Positions 42,733 to 52,043 of a stretch of DNA of 64,000 nucleotides are shown here, piece by piece. Positions within the stretch are counted from its first letter, which is position 1. Each line of letters begins with the position of its first letter. The notes beneath the pieces were generated by a model. The model searched no databases and was not told where the DNA came from. It saw nothing but the letters and a program-made list of their open reading frames with translations. The DNA comes from an uncultured Candidatus Saccharibacteria bacterium. GTDB lineage: Bacteria; Patescibacteriota; CPR2; UBA1875; CAIMLA01. Both the position numbers and the translations under genes were made by a program. The stretch lies in the NCBI GenBank assembly GCA_964511435.1, contig CAZEFH010000003.1:1283-65282 (forward strand), given 5' to 3'.

Positions 42733-43364
42733 TGATTAACAAGATGCGCATTGATCTAGTACTTGTTGTACTGCTCTGTATTATCCCGATAGTTATCTGG
42801 TCTACTATGGAGCCTCTGGTTGGCCGCTTTAATAATTACTATTCTCTGATGACATCACTGGGGCAGCTGACATCACTGGTGGGGACAGTATTAATCGCAA
42901 TTTCAATGATCCTTCAGGTCAAGCTTTCATATCTGTTTAGTGTTATTGTGAAGCCAGCAAATATTACCAGCCTACATCATGATGCAGGAGTCTACGGCGT
43001 GGTTTTGGTTTTGTTACACCCAGTATTACTCGCTCTCAGATTTGTTACAATAAATCCTGTCCTCGGGTTCAAATTGCTCTATTCAACCAATCTGGTATAT
43101 CTACTCAGCTTAATGGCGCTTATCATAATGGTTGCCTCGACTGTAGTAGCGGTGTTCGTGCGGCGCAGTTTTGGTCTGTGGAAGATAGTACACCAGACGA
43201 TGCTACTGTCCTATCTGGGTGTATGGTATCATCTAGTCTTTGTATCCAGTGATATCTCGGAAAATTATTTGTTGAGAATATATATTTTGGTATTACTATT
43301 GTTGGGCGGCTTAGCCTTTGCATGGCAAAAGGGGACTAAGTATTTACGGGAAGTTCTCAGCTAA
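42732..43364 (+). CDS. Polytopic membrane protein, possibly a ferric-reductase-like (haem b-binding, His-containing) transmembrane domain
   Basis: Six hydrophobic helices, with conserved-looking His residues inside them (…HHDAGVYGVVLVLLHPVLL… and …HQTMLLSYLGVWYH…). The family assignment is tentative. Confidence 0.35.
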   Translation: MINKMRIDLVLVVLLCIIPIVIWSTMEPLVGRFNNYYSLMTSLGQLTSLVGTVLIAISMILQVKLSYLFSVIVKPANITSLHHDAGVYGVVLVLLHPVLLALRFVTINPVLGFKLLYSTNLVYLLSLMALIIMVASTVVAVFVRRSFGLWKIVHQTMLLSYLGVWYHLVFVSSDISENYLLRIYILVLLLLGGLAFAWQKGTKYLREVLS

Positions 43365-43410
43365 AACTCAGTTTTCTATCATATTCTCTATCAATAATTA
43401 GGAGGAAACC

Positions 43411-43836
43411 TTGGGGAATAAATTTACAAAAATATTACTAATAGTCGCCGTTGGGATATTTGTAGTAACGATGAGCGGATTTGCTATAGTCGGTTTGCGC
43501 TCTACTGGAGGTTCAAAAACTACCAGTTCTAGTAATAACGCATCAAGTAACGAAAGAACAAATACGGCCAATTCTACTAGTCCTACAAGCACAACCGACA
43601 ACTCAGCAACTGCTAGTAGTGCCACGGGCGTGTCTGGGACAGATCTTGCCAGCCATAAAACTACGAGTGATTGTTGGGTAGCTATTAACGGTAAGGTGTA
43701 TGACGTTTCTAGCTATGATCATCCGAAGCTTGATCCATTTACATGCGGAGCTGATGACTCAAGCGGGTGGAATGCAGAACGTAAGCATAACGACTCGCTG
43801 CTTAGTCTAGTGACATATGTTGGTAAGTTAAACTAA
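43411..43836 (+). CDS. Membrane-anchored cytochrome b5-like haem-binding domain protein
   Basis: An N-terminal TM is followed by a Ser/Thr/Asn-rich linker. The C-terminal region HKTTSDCWVAINGKVYDVSSYDHPKLDPF resembles the cyt b5 core (cf. H…DCWV…G.VYDVT.F…HPGG). Confidence 0.45.
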   Translation: MGNKFTKILLIVAVGIFVVTMSGFAIVGLRSTGGSKTTSSSNNASSNERTNTANSTSPTSTTDNSATASSATGVSGTDLASHKTTSDCWVAINGKVYDVSSYDHPKLDPFTCGADDSSGWNAERKHNDSLLSLVTYVGKLN

Positions 43837-43847
43837 AAGAGGTAAAT

Positions 43848-44120
43848 ATGAGCGAAAAGAAACATTTTACAGCAGAAGATGCCGAGAGAATCGGCGGAAT
43901 ACTGGGGGTTGATTGGAGCAAATGGGATGTGGAACAATTCCGCATGGGGATGGATGTAGAACTTGAGCACGGGACTGCTGACCCAAGGACGAACGTTACT
44001 GATAATGATCCGTTACTCACGGGCAAGATTGCCCTTGCGCACTTGAACGAAATCCCAGACTACTACACTCGCCTTGCCGAAATGGAGAAGGTGGGTGAGA
44101 GTTACTGGGAAGGTAAGTAG
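43848..44120 (+). CDS. Hypothetical small protein (90 aa)
   Basis: An RBS aagaggtaaat lies upstream. No motif recognised. Confidence 0.4.
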   Translation: MSEKKHFTAEDAERIGGILGVDWSKWDVEQFRMGMDVELEHGTADPRTNVTDNDPLLTGKIALAHLNEIPDYYTRLAEMEKVGESYWEGK

Positions 44121-44128
44121 CAGTAATT

Positions 44129-44641
44129 ATGAGGTCATTTGTGCCGCAACTAATCACTATTCCCAATCGAAAAATGTTGACGGTTACTACTGTTGGGGAT
44201 CCGACTACTGTGGGTGATGAGGCATTCTCGGCTCTTTATGGTACTGCCTATGGGACCAAGTTTAAGGTGTATAAGCCACAGGGAATTGCAGTAACCTTCG
44301 GTAAACTCTGTGCACTCTGGCCGGACGCTCACCTGAAGCCTAGGGAAGAGTGGACTGGCATCTGGGGTCTACCGGTGCCGGAATGTTATAAAGATGAAGA
44401 TTTGATTCAGAAAAATCCTGAGCTTCCCATAAAGGTTGAGGTTTGGCCTGGAGGCACTTATGCCCAGATCCTGCATATCGGCCCATATTCTGAAGAGGGC
44501 CCAACAGTGGCTCAATTGCATCAGTTTATCGAGGACCAGGGTGTAAAGATGGAGAATGTTCCTGGTACCCACGAAGAAGAGTATCTGACCAGTCCGGATG
44601 CCAAAGTTGTGAAAACTATCATTCGTTATCGTATCAAATGA
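44129..44641 (+). CDS. Putative GyrI-like / small-molecule-binding domain protein
   Basis: 170 aa. …VWPGGTYAQILHIGPYSEEGPTVAQLHQFIEDQG… resembles the effector-binding fold of GyrI/AraC-type proteins. The start could instead be ATG 44174. Weak call. Confidence 0.3.
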   Translation: MRSFVPQLITIPNRKMLTVTTVGDPTTVGDEAFSALYGTAYGTKFKVYKPQGIAVTFGKLCALWPDAHLKPREEWTGIWGLPVPECYKDEDLIQKNPELPIKVEVWPGGTYAQILHIGPYSEEGPTVAQLHQFIEDQGVKMENVPGTHEEEYLTSPDAKVVKTIIRYRIK

Positions 44642-44668
44642 TATAATTTTTATATTAGGAGGGGAAAT

Positions 44669-45211
44669 ATGAGAAAGTACTTACTAGTATTACCAGTTAT
44701 TTGTCTGCTTTTTACGGGGGTAGCGTTTGCGGCAAACGGTGATAAGTCACAGAAGTTGACCAGCTCAGTTTGTAGCTTCATTACTACTAGAATGAGAAAC
44801 AAAGCTACTACTACACAAACCGCCAAGAACAAGCACCTTCAAGCATATTTGAATATGAAAGCTAGGGTTCAAAAGGTGATTGATAAGTATCAAGCAGAAG
44901 GATACGACGTTAGTGCTCTTGTGACCGATCTAGATACTTTTGACAGTCTGCTTGCGAAGTTTCAATCGGATTATCAAGTCTACAAGCTAGATATTTCAGC
45001 ACTAGGCGGGAATATTTGTGCTAATTCAAGGGATGAGATAAAAACACAACTCAACTCCACTAGGGAAGGTCTGCAAATACTACATACTGACATTGAATCT
45101 CTAAATTCACAGTGGAAAACGAAACTAAAAGCTGACTTGCAAGCATTGAAAGCACAGGTTGCGGCAAAATCTGCGGTAAATAACACTGCAACCACTGGAG
45201 GGACAAACTAA
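44669..45211 (+). CDS. Secreted coiled-coil protein of unknown function
   Basis: Signal peptide MRKYLLVLPVICLLFTGVAFAANG, then heptad-rich sequence. The aggagggg RBS is strong. 180 aa. Confidence 0.5.
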   Translation: MRKYLLVLPVICLLFTGVAFAANGDKSQKLTSSVCSFITTRMRNKATTTQTAKNKHLQAYLNMKARVQKVIDKYQAEGYDVSALVTDLDTFDSLLAKFQSDYQVYKLDISALGGNICANSRDEIKTQLNSTREGLQILHTDIESLNSQWKTKLKADLQALKAQVAAKSAVNNTATTGGTN

Positions 45212-45534
45212 TGGCAGAGAATCTTGAAAAAAAATCAATCTGGAAGCATGAACATCCACTCTATGAATGGATTGCGCTATTTGTTACTGTCATAATAATT
45301 CTAGTTATGTCTGGCTGGATTTATCTCAGCTATTTTGACATTCCTGAGCAAGATATGACAATTTGGACTACACACAAAAGCTCTACAACTAGCACGACGA
45401 AAACTACGTCAGAGGCAGCTGACACTAGTGACATTGATAATATAATAAAGGATAACGATACAGCCACGAACGGTGTCGACTCAAGTGACTATAATAGTAA
45501 TGATATTACTGACACTCAGCTAGGCGTCAACTAA
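45211..45534 (+). CDS. Small membrane protein with a Ser/Thr/Asp-rich extracellular tail
   Basis: ATGG overlap with the previous stop. It has a TM helix (IALFVTVIIILVMSGWIYL). A terminator atagccct…agggctattttt follows at about 45551-45580. Confidence 0.45.
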   Translation: MAENLEKKSIWKHEHPLYEWIALFVTVIIILVMSGWIYLSYFDIPEQDMTIWTTHKSSTTSTTKTTSEAADTSDIDNIIKDNDTATNGVDSSDYNSNDITDTQLGVN

Positions 45535-46528
45535 TACTGCTTAATGGTGATATAAAATAGCCCTCTACAAAGGGCTATTTTTGATAAAAGTGTTGACAAA
45601 AACGACTAAAAGTTTATAATCATATGATATCGAGTAATCGAATCGTACCGCGGCTCAAGTGCCGCTACAATCCACGTACAGAAATGGAGGATCACCATGA
45701 GCTATCCGAACTACCACGAGCAGCTTGAGGAGCGACTTCGTCGCGAATCGCCGCTCGTCTACCTTCTCTGGTGTGCTCTCTGTCCTGTGGCAGAGGCGGT
45801 GCTCAGGAGTGGCTGGAGCAGGATCTGAAAGTCATAGGGGACGAAGAGTGCCTAGCACTCCCATGGCCCCGTGACCTACCGCACCGGGCGGATCCCGGTA
45901 CCTACCTCGGCGTCAGGGAGGACGCTCGGGAGAAGTGGAGGTTGTTCAGATGCGCTGCAAGGTGAAGGACGTGTTCTAGGTGTATTCAAACCCGACGCAG
46001 ACCACGATGGTCGTCGTCAACCGTGCCTCCGGCGCCGTCAAGACCGGAACTGAGAAGCTGATCATCACGGGCACCACCGGCCACGTCGCGCTCGGCGCCG
46101 CGCTCTAGCGCGCCCCGGTCGCCACGATCTGTTGGGCTCAGAGTGAGGGGGTTAGAGGATGCGTTACAAACACTGATGACGTCCGTCGGTATTCCTGGGA
46201 GCTTACCGCGCGGTGATGTTTCATCCGGTATCGATTCGCCGGCCTCCTGAGTCACGGCAGGCGTCCGTGGCAATCTGGCTCGCCGCATCGGGGCATCTCC
46301 AAACGCCTCATCGAGCCGACAATCCCGGCCACCACATCTACTTCGGGGGGTGGCAAGCCCGGCGCTACAGCGCCGCCGTTTCAGACTATTGTACGTGGAG
46401 ACAGGGGTCGGTCGGACCATACACACGTCGCGTGAGAGATAGTATCTCATGCCGCGGAGTATGGCCGATCGGCCCCTTCTTCGTTCTTGTCCACTTGTTT
46501 TTGCCCCCTTTTTGGCTAAAATAGAGTC

Positions 46529-47578
46529 ATGGATACAAATACACTTATTATTTTAGGAATTATTGTTGCCGGTTTTGCAGCACTTTTTTACTTTGTGAAT
46601 CAGAAGTTCCAGCAGATTGAAAAGCCAAAAGAAGATGATAAAGCCATGCTGCTTTTACAGCAACAGCTGGCTCAGGTTTCTGACCAGCTGAATAAGGGGC
46701 TCATTGAATCGAATAAGTCTGTCCAGGAGCAGTTTCGTGCTAGTGCTGGTATCATTAAAGATGTCACTGAGAAGCTTAGTAACCTAGAGAATACCAATAA
46801 GCAGGTCCTAGGGATTGCTGATCAGCTACAGGGTCTTGAGAATGTACTAAAGAATCCGAAGCAACGGGGGATACTGGGGGAGTACTATCTTGAGACTCTC
46901 CTCAAGAATATGTTTGGCCCCAAGGATTACCAGATGCAATATGCTTTCAAAAATGGCGATATTGTAGATGCAGTTGTCTTTATTGGGGATAAGATACTGC
47001 CGATCGACTCGAAGTTTTCGCTCGAAAACTATAACAAAATCGTTGAAGAGAAGGATGCCAGTAAACGTGAATCACTTGAGAAGCTCTTTAAACAGGATCT
47101 GAAGAATCGTATTGATGAGACTAGTAAATACATCAAGCCGAAGGAAGGTACGATGGATTTCGCCTTCATGTTTATCCCATCTGAAGGGATATATTATGAC
47201 CTGCTCGTAAACCAAGTAGGTGCGCTGAAGGTGAATACTAGGGACCTTATCGACTACGCATTTAAGGATAAAAGAGTGATTATCGTATCTCCTACTTCTT
47301 TTGCTGCCTATCTACAGACAGTTCTTCAGGGACTTAGGGCGCTTAAAATCGAGGAGTCTATCAAGGACGTACTGGGCAATGTAAATAAGCTTTCGGCCCA
47401 TCTCTCTGCCTACCAGTCTCACATGACGAAGCTGGGTAACTCACTCGGCACCACTGTGAATGCTTACAACTCTGCAAGTAAAGAGTTCGTCAAGATTGAT
47501 AAAGATGTCACCAAGATTACGGGCGAGTCTCTTGATGCAGAGCTTCTGCAGTTAGATAAGCCGAGCACTGAGGAATAG
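46529..47578 (+). CDS. rmuC: DNA recombination protein RmuC
   Basis: An N-terminal TM is followed by coiled coil. …RGILGEYYLETLLKNMFGP…DAVVFIGDKILPIDSKFSLENY…MDFAFMFIPSEGIYYDLL… are RmuC family signatures. 349 aa. Confidence 0.8.
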   Translation: MDTNTLIILGIIVAGFAALFYFVNQKFQQIEKPKEDDKAMLLLQQQLAQVSDQLNKGLIESNKSVQEQFRASAGIIKDVTEKLSNLENTNKQVLGIADQLQGLENVLKNPKQRGILGEYYLETLLKNMFGPKDYQMQYAFKNGDIVDAVVFIGDKILPIDSKFSLENYNKIVEEKDASKRESLEKLFKQDLKNRIDETSKYIKPKEGTMDFAFMFIPSEGIYYDLLVNQVGALKVNTRDLIDYAFKDKRVIIVSPTSFAAYLQTVLQGLRALKIEESIKDVLGNVNKLSAHLSAYQSHMTKLGNSLGTTVNAYNSASKEFVKIDKDVTKITGESLDAELLQLDKPSTEE

Positions 47579-47600
47579 CTAGCCAAGTTTCCCTCCGTTC

Positions 47601-47996
47601 GTGTATAATTTTCATATGAAGACAAAAGGTTTTGTACGTACAGGAGCTTTTTTTGCTCTGATTTCTTTGGGAATATTTCTCTATTCTTTGTATCAGATGG
47701 ACCCTCGGTCTGGTGTGATATCAGTGGCAGTCTTCCTGGGGTCGCTCTTTGTCCTGATTGCCAGTATTTATGCTGTAGTGTCATTTTCGATTATGAACAA
47801 ACTGCGCAACAACGAAACTTATCATTTCACTCTGATATCTAGCATTCGTCGAGGGGCACTACTCGGGTTCTATATAGTCGCTTCACTCTCTCTGTCGGCG
47901 TTACAACTACTGACCTGGTGGGACGCTCTACTTCTAGCTTTCTCTCTAGTTCTTTTTGAGCTATACTTTATATCAGGCAAAGAGAGGGTAATATGA
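47601..47996 (+). CDS. Small membrane protein (4 TM), unknown function
   Basis: 131 aa, hydrophobic. It overlaps the next gene by ATGA. Confidence 0.45.
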   Translation: MYNFHMKTKGFVRTGAFFALISLGIFLYSLYQMDPRSGVISVAVFLGSLFVLIASIYAVVSFSIMNKLRNNETYHFTLISSIRRGALLGFYIVASLSLSALQLLTWWDALLLAFSLVLFELYFISGKERVI

Positions 47997-48358
47997 GCCA
48001 GATTTTTTACGTTATCTTGGGACTCACAATTATTGCTACCTCCAATCTAGTGGGCACCCTAGCACTGGTGTTTTTTTACTTTAAAGTAGCCAAGATAGAG
48101 GAAGTTGCTGCTTACAAATTCAAGCTCTCATTAGTCCTTTCTGGTGTCAATCTGGTGACACAGTTCCTGTCACTGATTGTATTTTCATCGACTGGAGTAC
48201 CGGCATATGTAATTGCTGCTTTCATTCTATCGATGATTGGTTATCTCGGAGTGATGCGCTATGGGTATAAATATCACCTACTAGAATGTGCGATTATTGC
48301 CACTTCACTTGCAATTATACTTAATCCAGTCTGGCTTAGACTATTCGGAATTATTTAA
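47993..48358 (+). CDS. Small membrane protein (4 TM), unknown function
   Basis: 121 aa, hydrophobic. Its stop overlaps the pheS start (TAATG). Confidence 0.45.
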   Translation: MSQIFYVILGLTIIATSNLVGTLALVFFYFKVAKIEEVAAYKFKLSLVLSGVNLVTQFLSLIVFSSTGVPAYVIAAFILSMIGYLGVMRYGYKYHLLECAIIATSLAIILNPVWLRLFGII

Positions 48359-49359
48359 TGAATCAAAATCTACAGAAATTACATGATCAATTTGTTGGCG
48401 AAGTTGCTGCTGTGAAACCTGCAACTATTTCTGATTTGCGGTTGAAGTATCTTGGCCGTAAAAGTGAACTCTCGGCTTTACTCAAATCAATCAAGGATTT
48501 ACCAGTGGCTGAACGCAAACAGTTTGGAGCTGATGCAAACACGTTACTGAAATCAATTGAGCAAGAGATTGCTAATAAGGAAGCTGAGTTCGCGAAGAAT
48601 AAAAATGTTGCTCCGATTGACATCACGGCTCCGGGGCATAGCTATCCGGTAGGCCATATTCACCCTGTAAGTCAGACCCTTGAAGAACTGACAGATATAT
48701 TTGTGGCGATGGGGTATGAAGTGGCATCCGGTCCAGAAGTAGACGATGATTGGCATAACTTCGAGGCTCTTAATATGGGCAAGGAGCATCCTGCTCGTGA
48801 TATGCAAGATACTTTCTATCTACTAGATGGATACATTCCTAGAACTCATACTTCGACCGTGCAGATACGCTACATGGAACAGAATAAGCCCCCAATAAAG
48901 ATAGTTTCTCCAGGCAAGGTTCATCGTAATGAGAATGAAGATGCTACCCATAGCTGGGTATTTCACCAGTTTGAGGGACTCGTCATCGATGAGGGGATCA
49001 CGATGGCTGACCTCAAGGGTACACTTGATCACTTTGCGAAACAGATTTTCGGACCAGGTACAAAGACGAGACTGAGGCCAAATTTTTTCCCATACACAGA
49101 GCCCAGTGCAGAGCTAGATGCCAGCTGTCCTCAGTGTGATGGTAGGGGTTGCCGTTCTTGTGGTGGTACTGGTTGGCTCGAGCTACTTGGATCTGGAATG
49201 GTGCACCCACAAGTCCTTCGAAATATGGGGATCGACCCAGAGAAATATAGCGGCTTTGCCTTTGGTGTCGGTGTGGAGCGAATCGCTATGATTAAATACG
49301 GGATTTCTGATGTACGCAACTGTTGGCACCCCGATGTAAGATTTCTGGAGCAATTCTAA
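48358..49359 (+). CDS. pheS: Phenylalanine--tRNA ligase alpha subunit
   Basis: 333 aa. …FFPYTEPSAELD… and …GFAFGVGVERIAMIKYGI… are class II motifs 2 and 3. The N-terminal coiled-coil tRNA-binding arm is present. Confidence 0.9.
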   Translation: MNQNLQKLHDQFVGEVAAVKPATISDLRLKYLGRKSELSALLKSIKDLPVAERKQFGADANTLLKSIEQEIANKEAEFAKNKNVAPIDITAPGHSYPVGHIHPVSQTLEELTDIFVAMGYEVASGPEVDDDWHNFEALNMGKEHPARDMQDTFYLLDGYIPRTHTSTVQIRYMEQNKPPIKIVSPGKVHRNENEDATHSWVFHQFEGLVIDEGITMADLKGTLDHFAKQIFGPGTKTRLRPNFFPYTEPSAELDASCPQCDGRGCRSCGGTGWLELLGSGMVHPQVLRNMGIDPEKYSGFAFGVGVERIAMIKYGISDVRNCWHPDVRFLEQF

Positions 49360-49634
49360 TGAGTGAAAATATTTATTTATTTATCGGAACCTTTGGTTCA
49401 GTAATATCTGTTGCTGGCAATCTACCGATGCTTGTGCATCTTCTAAAAACAAAGGACTCGACTGGTCAGAGTGTCTTAGCTTGGTCTGTTTGGGAATTCG
49501 CAAACCTACTGTTACTTATTTATGCAATTCATATAAATGATATTGTATTTAGTCTGTTGCAAGTTGCATGGGTTGTCTTTTGTGGTGTGATTATCTCTCT
49601 AGTTATTAAATATAAAAGATTGAATACAAAATGA
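49359..49634 (+). CDS. Small membrane protein (about 91 aa) encoded between pheS and pheT
   Basis: TAATG overlap with the pheS stop. It has three hydrophobic helices and ends 4 nt into pheT (ATGA). Confidence 0.45.
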   Translation: MSENIYLFIGTFGSVISVAGNLPMLVHLLKTKDSTGQSVLAWSVWEFANLLLLIYAIHINDIVFSLLQVAWVVFCGVIISLVIKYKRLNTK

Positions 49635-52000
49635 AACTCTCCTATAACTGGTTACGTGAATATGTAAAAACCAAGTTCTCGGCTGAAGAAGTGGCCGACA
49701 AACTCACCATGGCTGGTCTCGAAGTGGAAGAAGTCATAGATTCTCAGATTTTTTCAGGTGTTGTAATCGGAGAGGTGGTTTCCAAGGAGAAGCATCCAGA
49801 CGCAGATAAATTGAATGTTGCCATAGTAAATGTTGGCAAGGAAAAACTTCAGATTGTTTGTGGTGCGGCTAATCTAGCGACTGGGCAGAGGGTCCCGGTA
49901 GCCTTAGTTGGCGCTAAACTAGGTGATTTTGAGATTGGTAAGGCGAAACTGCGCGGAATCGAATCACATGGAATGATCTGTAGTGAACGTGAGCTCGGCA
50001 TCTCAGAAGAACATCAGGGGATTATGGTACTCGAGCAAGACGCCCCTATCGGAAATGACTTTGGTGAGTATCTAGGTTCAGATAAAGTGATTGACGTCAA
50101 GGTACTAGCAAATCGTCCAGACTGCATGAGTGTCATCGGTCTCGCACGTGAGGTGAGTGCGATTACGAAAGAGAAGCTTACTGTAAAGAATCCAAAAATC
50201 GTTGAATCTAAGTCATCTTCACCAGTGATGGTGACCGTTCAAGATAGTGATTTATGTCCAAGATATCTGTCCTTGGTAGTGAAAAATGTCGTGAGAAATG
50301 AGACCCCTGGTTGGATGAAAGAGCGCTTGCTTTCATCGGGAGTACGTTCTATCGACCTTTTTGTCGACATCTCAAACTATGTGATGCTTGAGTATGGGCA
50401 GCCGTTGCACTTTTTTGACCTAGATAAGCTCACTGACAAGACGATTATCGTTCGAAACGCAAAGACTGGCGAGAACATCAAGACGCTTGACGGCGTAACG
50501 CGGAAGCTAACCCCAGATAATCTCGTAATCGCAAATAGTAAGAGCCCAATCGCGCTTGCCGGTGTCATGGGTGGAGAAACTACTGAAATAGGTGAATCTA
50601 CAAAAAATATTTTCATTGAGGCGGCAGTTTTTGATAAGGCTAGTATTCGTAAAACTTCCAGAGCTCTCGGCCTCAGGTCTGAGGCTGTTGCTAGATACGA
50701 AAAGGGGATTAGTCTCAGTACACCCGAGCTTGCTATCCGCAGAGCGGCAGAGCTACTGACAGAGCTAGCTGATGGTGAGGTAGCAAGCAAGATTACTGAT
50801 TCGTTGAATAAAAAAATTGAACAAAAAGTACTCTCTTTGAACCCGACAAAGCTGAATGCTTTTCTTGGAACTAATTATAGCGATTCCCAGATAAAGAAGA
50901 CTCTTGAAGGTCTCGGATTTGGTGTAACGACTCGGACAAAGTATCTTTTAGAAGTGGCGGTGCCACACTGGCGTATCGACATTGCTGAGCCAGTTGATTT
51001 ATATGAGGAAGTAGCGCGTATTATTGGCTTCGAGAGTATACCGTCCACTCTTCCTTATGCCGTAAAGACACTTTCTCAGACTAATCCGCACTACGAGATG
51101 AATAAGCATATCCGACATGAGCTAGCGGCGATTGGTCTTACGGAAATAATGACCTACTCTTTTGCATCTGAGGCGGAGATTCTGGTTACTGAAACCACTA
51201 CGAATAATGCTTTCGAGCTCGCTAATCCGATGGTAAAAGAGCAGAAATATATGCGCGTAAGTCTGCTACCAAAGATGCTCGAGTCTCTTGCTGCAAATCA
51301 GTTCCTACGTGAATCAGTGAAGTTTTTTGAGCTAGGAAAAACTTTTTATAAGAAAGGGAAGGGCTTACCGCATGAAAAATCGCTTCTCTCAGTCGGTATT
51401 TTGGGCGGTGATACTTGGCCGATTCAATATAAGGACGGCTTAGAGTATTACGGGGCGAAAGGGGCCATCGACCATCTTCTTGCTACATTACGCGTTGATA
51501 ACATTCGATATGAGCCAAAGGATGATTCGGTTTATACGACCGGGCGTGCTGCAACAATATATTCTGGCAAGGAGGTAATCGGTGAAATTGGCGAAGTAGA
51601 TCAGCGGATTGCATCGAAGGCTGGTCTGAAAAAAACTGTCGCCGCAGCTGTCATTGATATCGAAAAGGTAATGGAGCTAGCAAACTGTAGTGTAACCGCA
51701 CGCGATATTAGTCGTTACCAGCAATCTGTTCGCGATATATCAGCCATCTTTGGTACTGCTGTCACAACCGCGGAAATTATGGATGCTATATCTGGGCTTA
51801 ATCCACTGATTGAAAGGGTCGAGATTGTTGATATCTATACCGGTAAGAATCTCGAGCCGGGGAAGAAGAGCATAACTATTCGGCTTACAGTTGTGAGTAA
51901 TGACCATACTCTCACTGAGGCAGAAGTTGAAAAGATTGTTAATGTTTGTCAGAATAAACTAGTTAAACTTGGGGGGTTGGTGCGTGGTAGCAAAGCGTAA
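49631..52000 (+). CDS. pheT: Phenylalanine--tRNA ligase beta subunit
   Basis: 789 aa. The N-terminus MKLSYNWLREYV is followed by tRNA-binding (EMAP-like), B3/B4, B5 and C-terminal FDX-ACB domains (…FGTAVTTAEIMDAI…), as expected for PheT. Confidence 0.9.
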   Translation: MKLSYNWLREYVKTKFSAEEVADKLTMAGLEVEEVIDSQIFSGVVIGEVVSKEKHPDADKLNVAIVNVGKEKLQIVCGAANLATGQRVPVALVGAKLGDFEIGKAKLRGIESHGMICSERELGISEEHQGIMVLEQDAPIGNDFGEYLGSDKVIDVKVLANRPDCMSVIGLAREVSAITKEKLTVKNPKIVESKSSSPVMVTVQDSDLCPRYLSLVVKNVVRNETPGWMKERLLSSGVRSIDLFVDISNYVMLEYGQPLHFFDLDKLTDKTIIVRNAKTGENIKTLDGVTRKLTPDNLVIANSKSPIALAGVMGGETTEIGESTKNIFIEAAVFDKASIRKTSRALGLRSEAVARYEKGISLSTPELAIRRAAELLTELADGEVASKITDSLNKKIEQKVLSLNPTKLNAFLGTNYSDSQIKKTLEGLGFGVTTRTKYLLEVAVPHWRIDIAEPVDLYEEVARIIGFESIPSTLPYAVKTLSQTNPHYEMNKHIRHELAAIGLTEIMTYSFASEAEILVTETTTNNAFELANPMVKEQKYMRVSLLPKMLESLAANQFLRESVKFFELGKTFYKKGKGLPHEKSLLSVGILGGDTWPIQYKDGLEYYGAKGAIDHLLATLRVDNIRYEPKDDSVYTTGRAATIYSGKEVIGEIGEVDQRIASKAGLKKTVAAAVIDIEKVMELANCSVTARDISRYQQSVRDISAIFGTAVTTAEIMDAISGLNPLIERVEIVDIYTGKNLEPGKKSITIRLTVVSNDHTLTEAEVEKIVNVCQNKLVKLGGLVRGSKA

Positions 52001-52043
52001 AAGTGTCGATTCTATAGTTTCACCTGCCGATGTCGGTAGTGAG

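Noticed and set aside
50377-50790. 137-aa minus-strand ORF inside pheT
   Set aside because: Antisense to a conserved essential gene. Ser/Ala-rich low-complexity translation.
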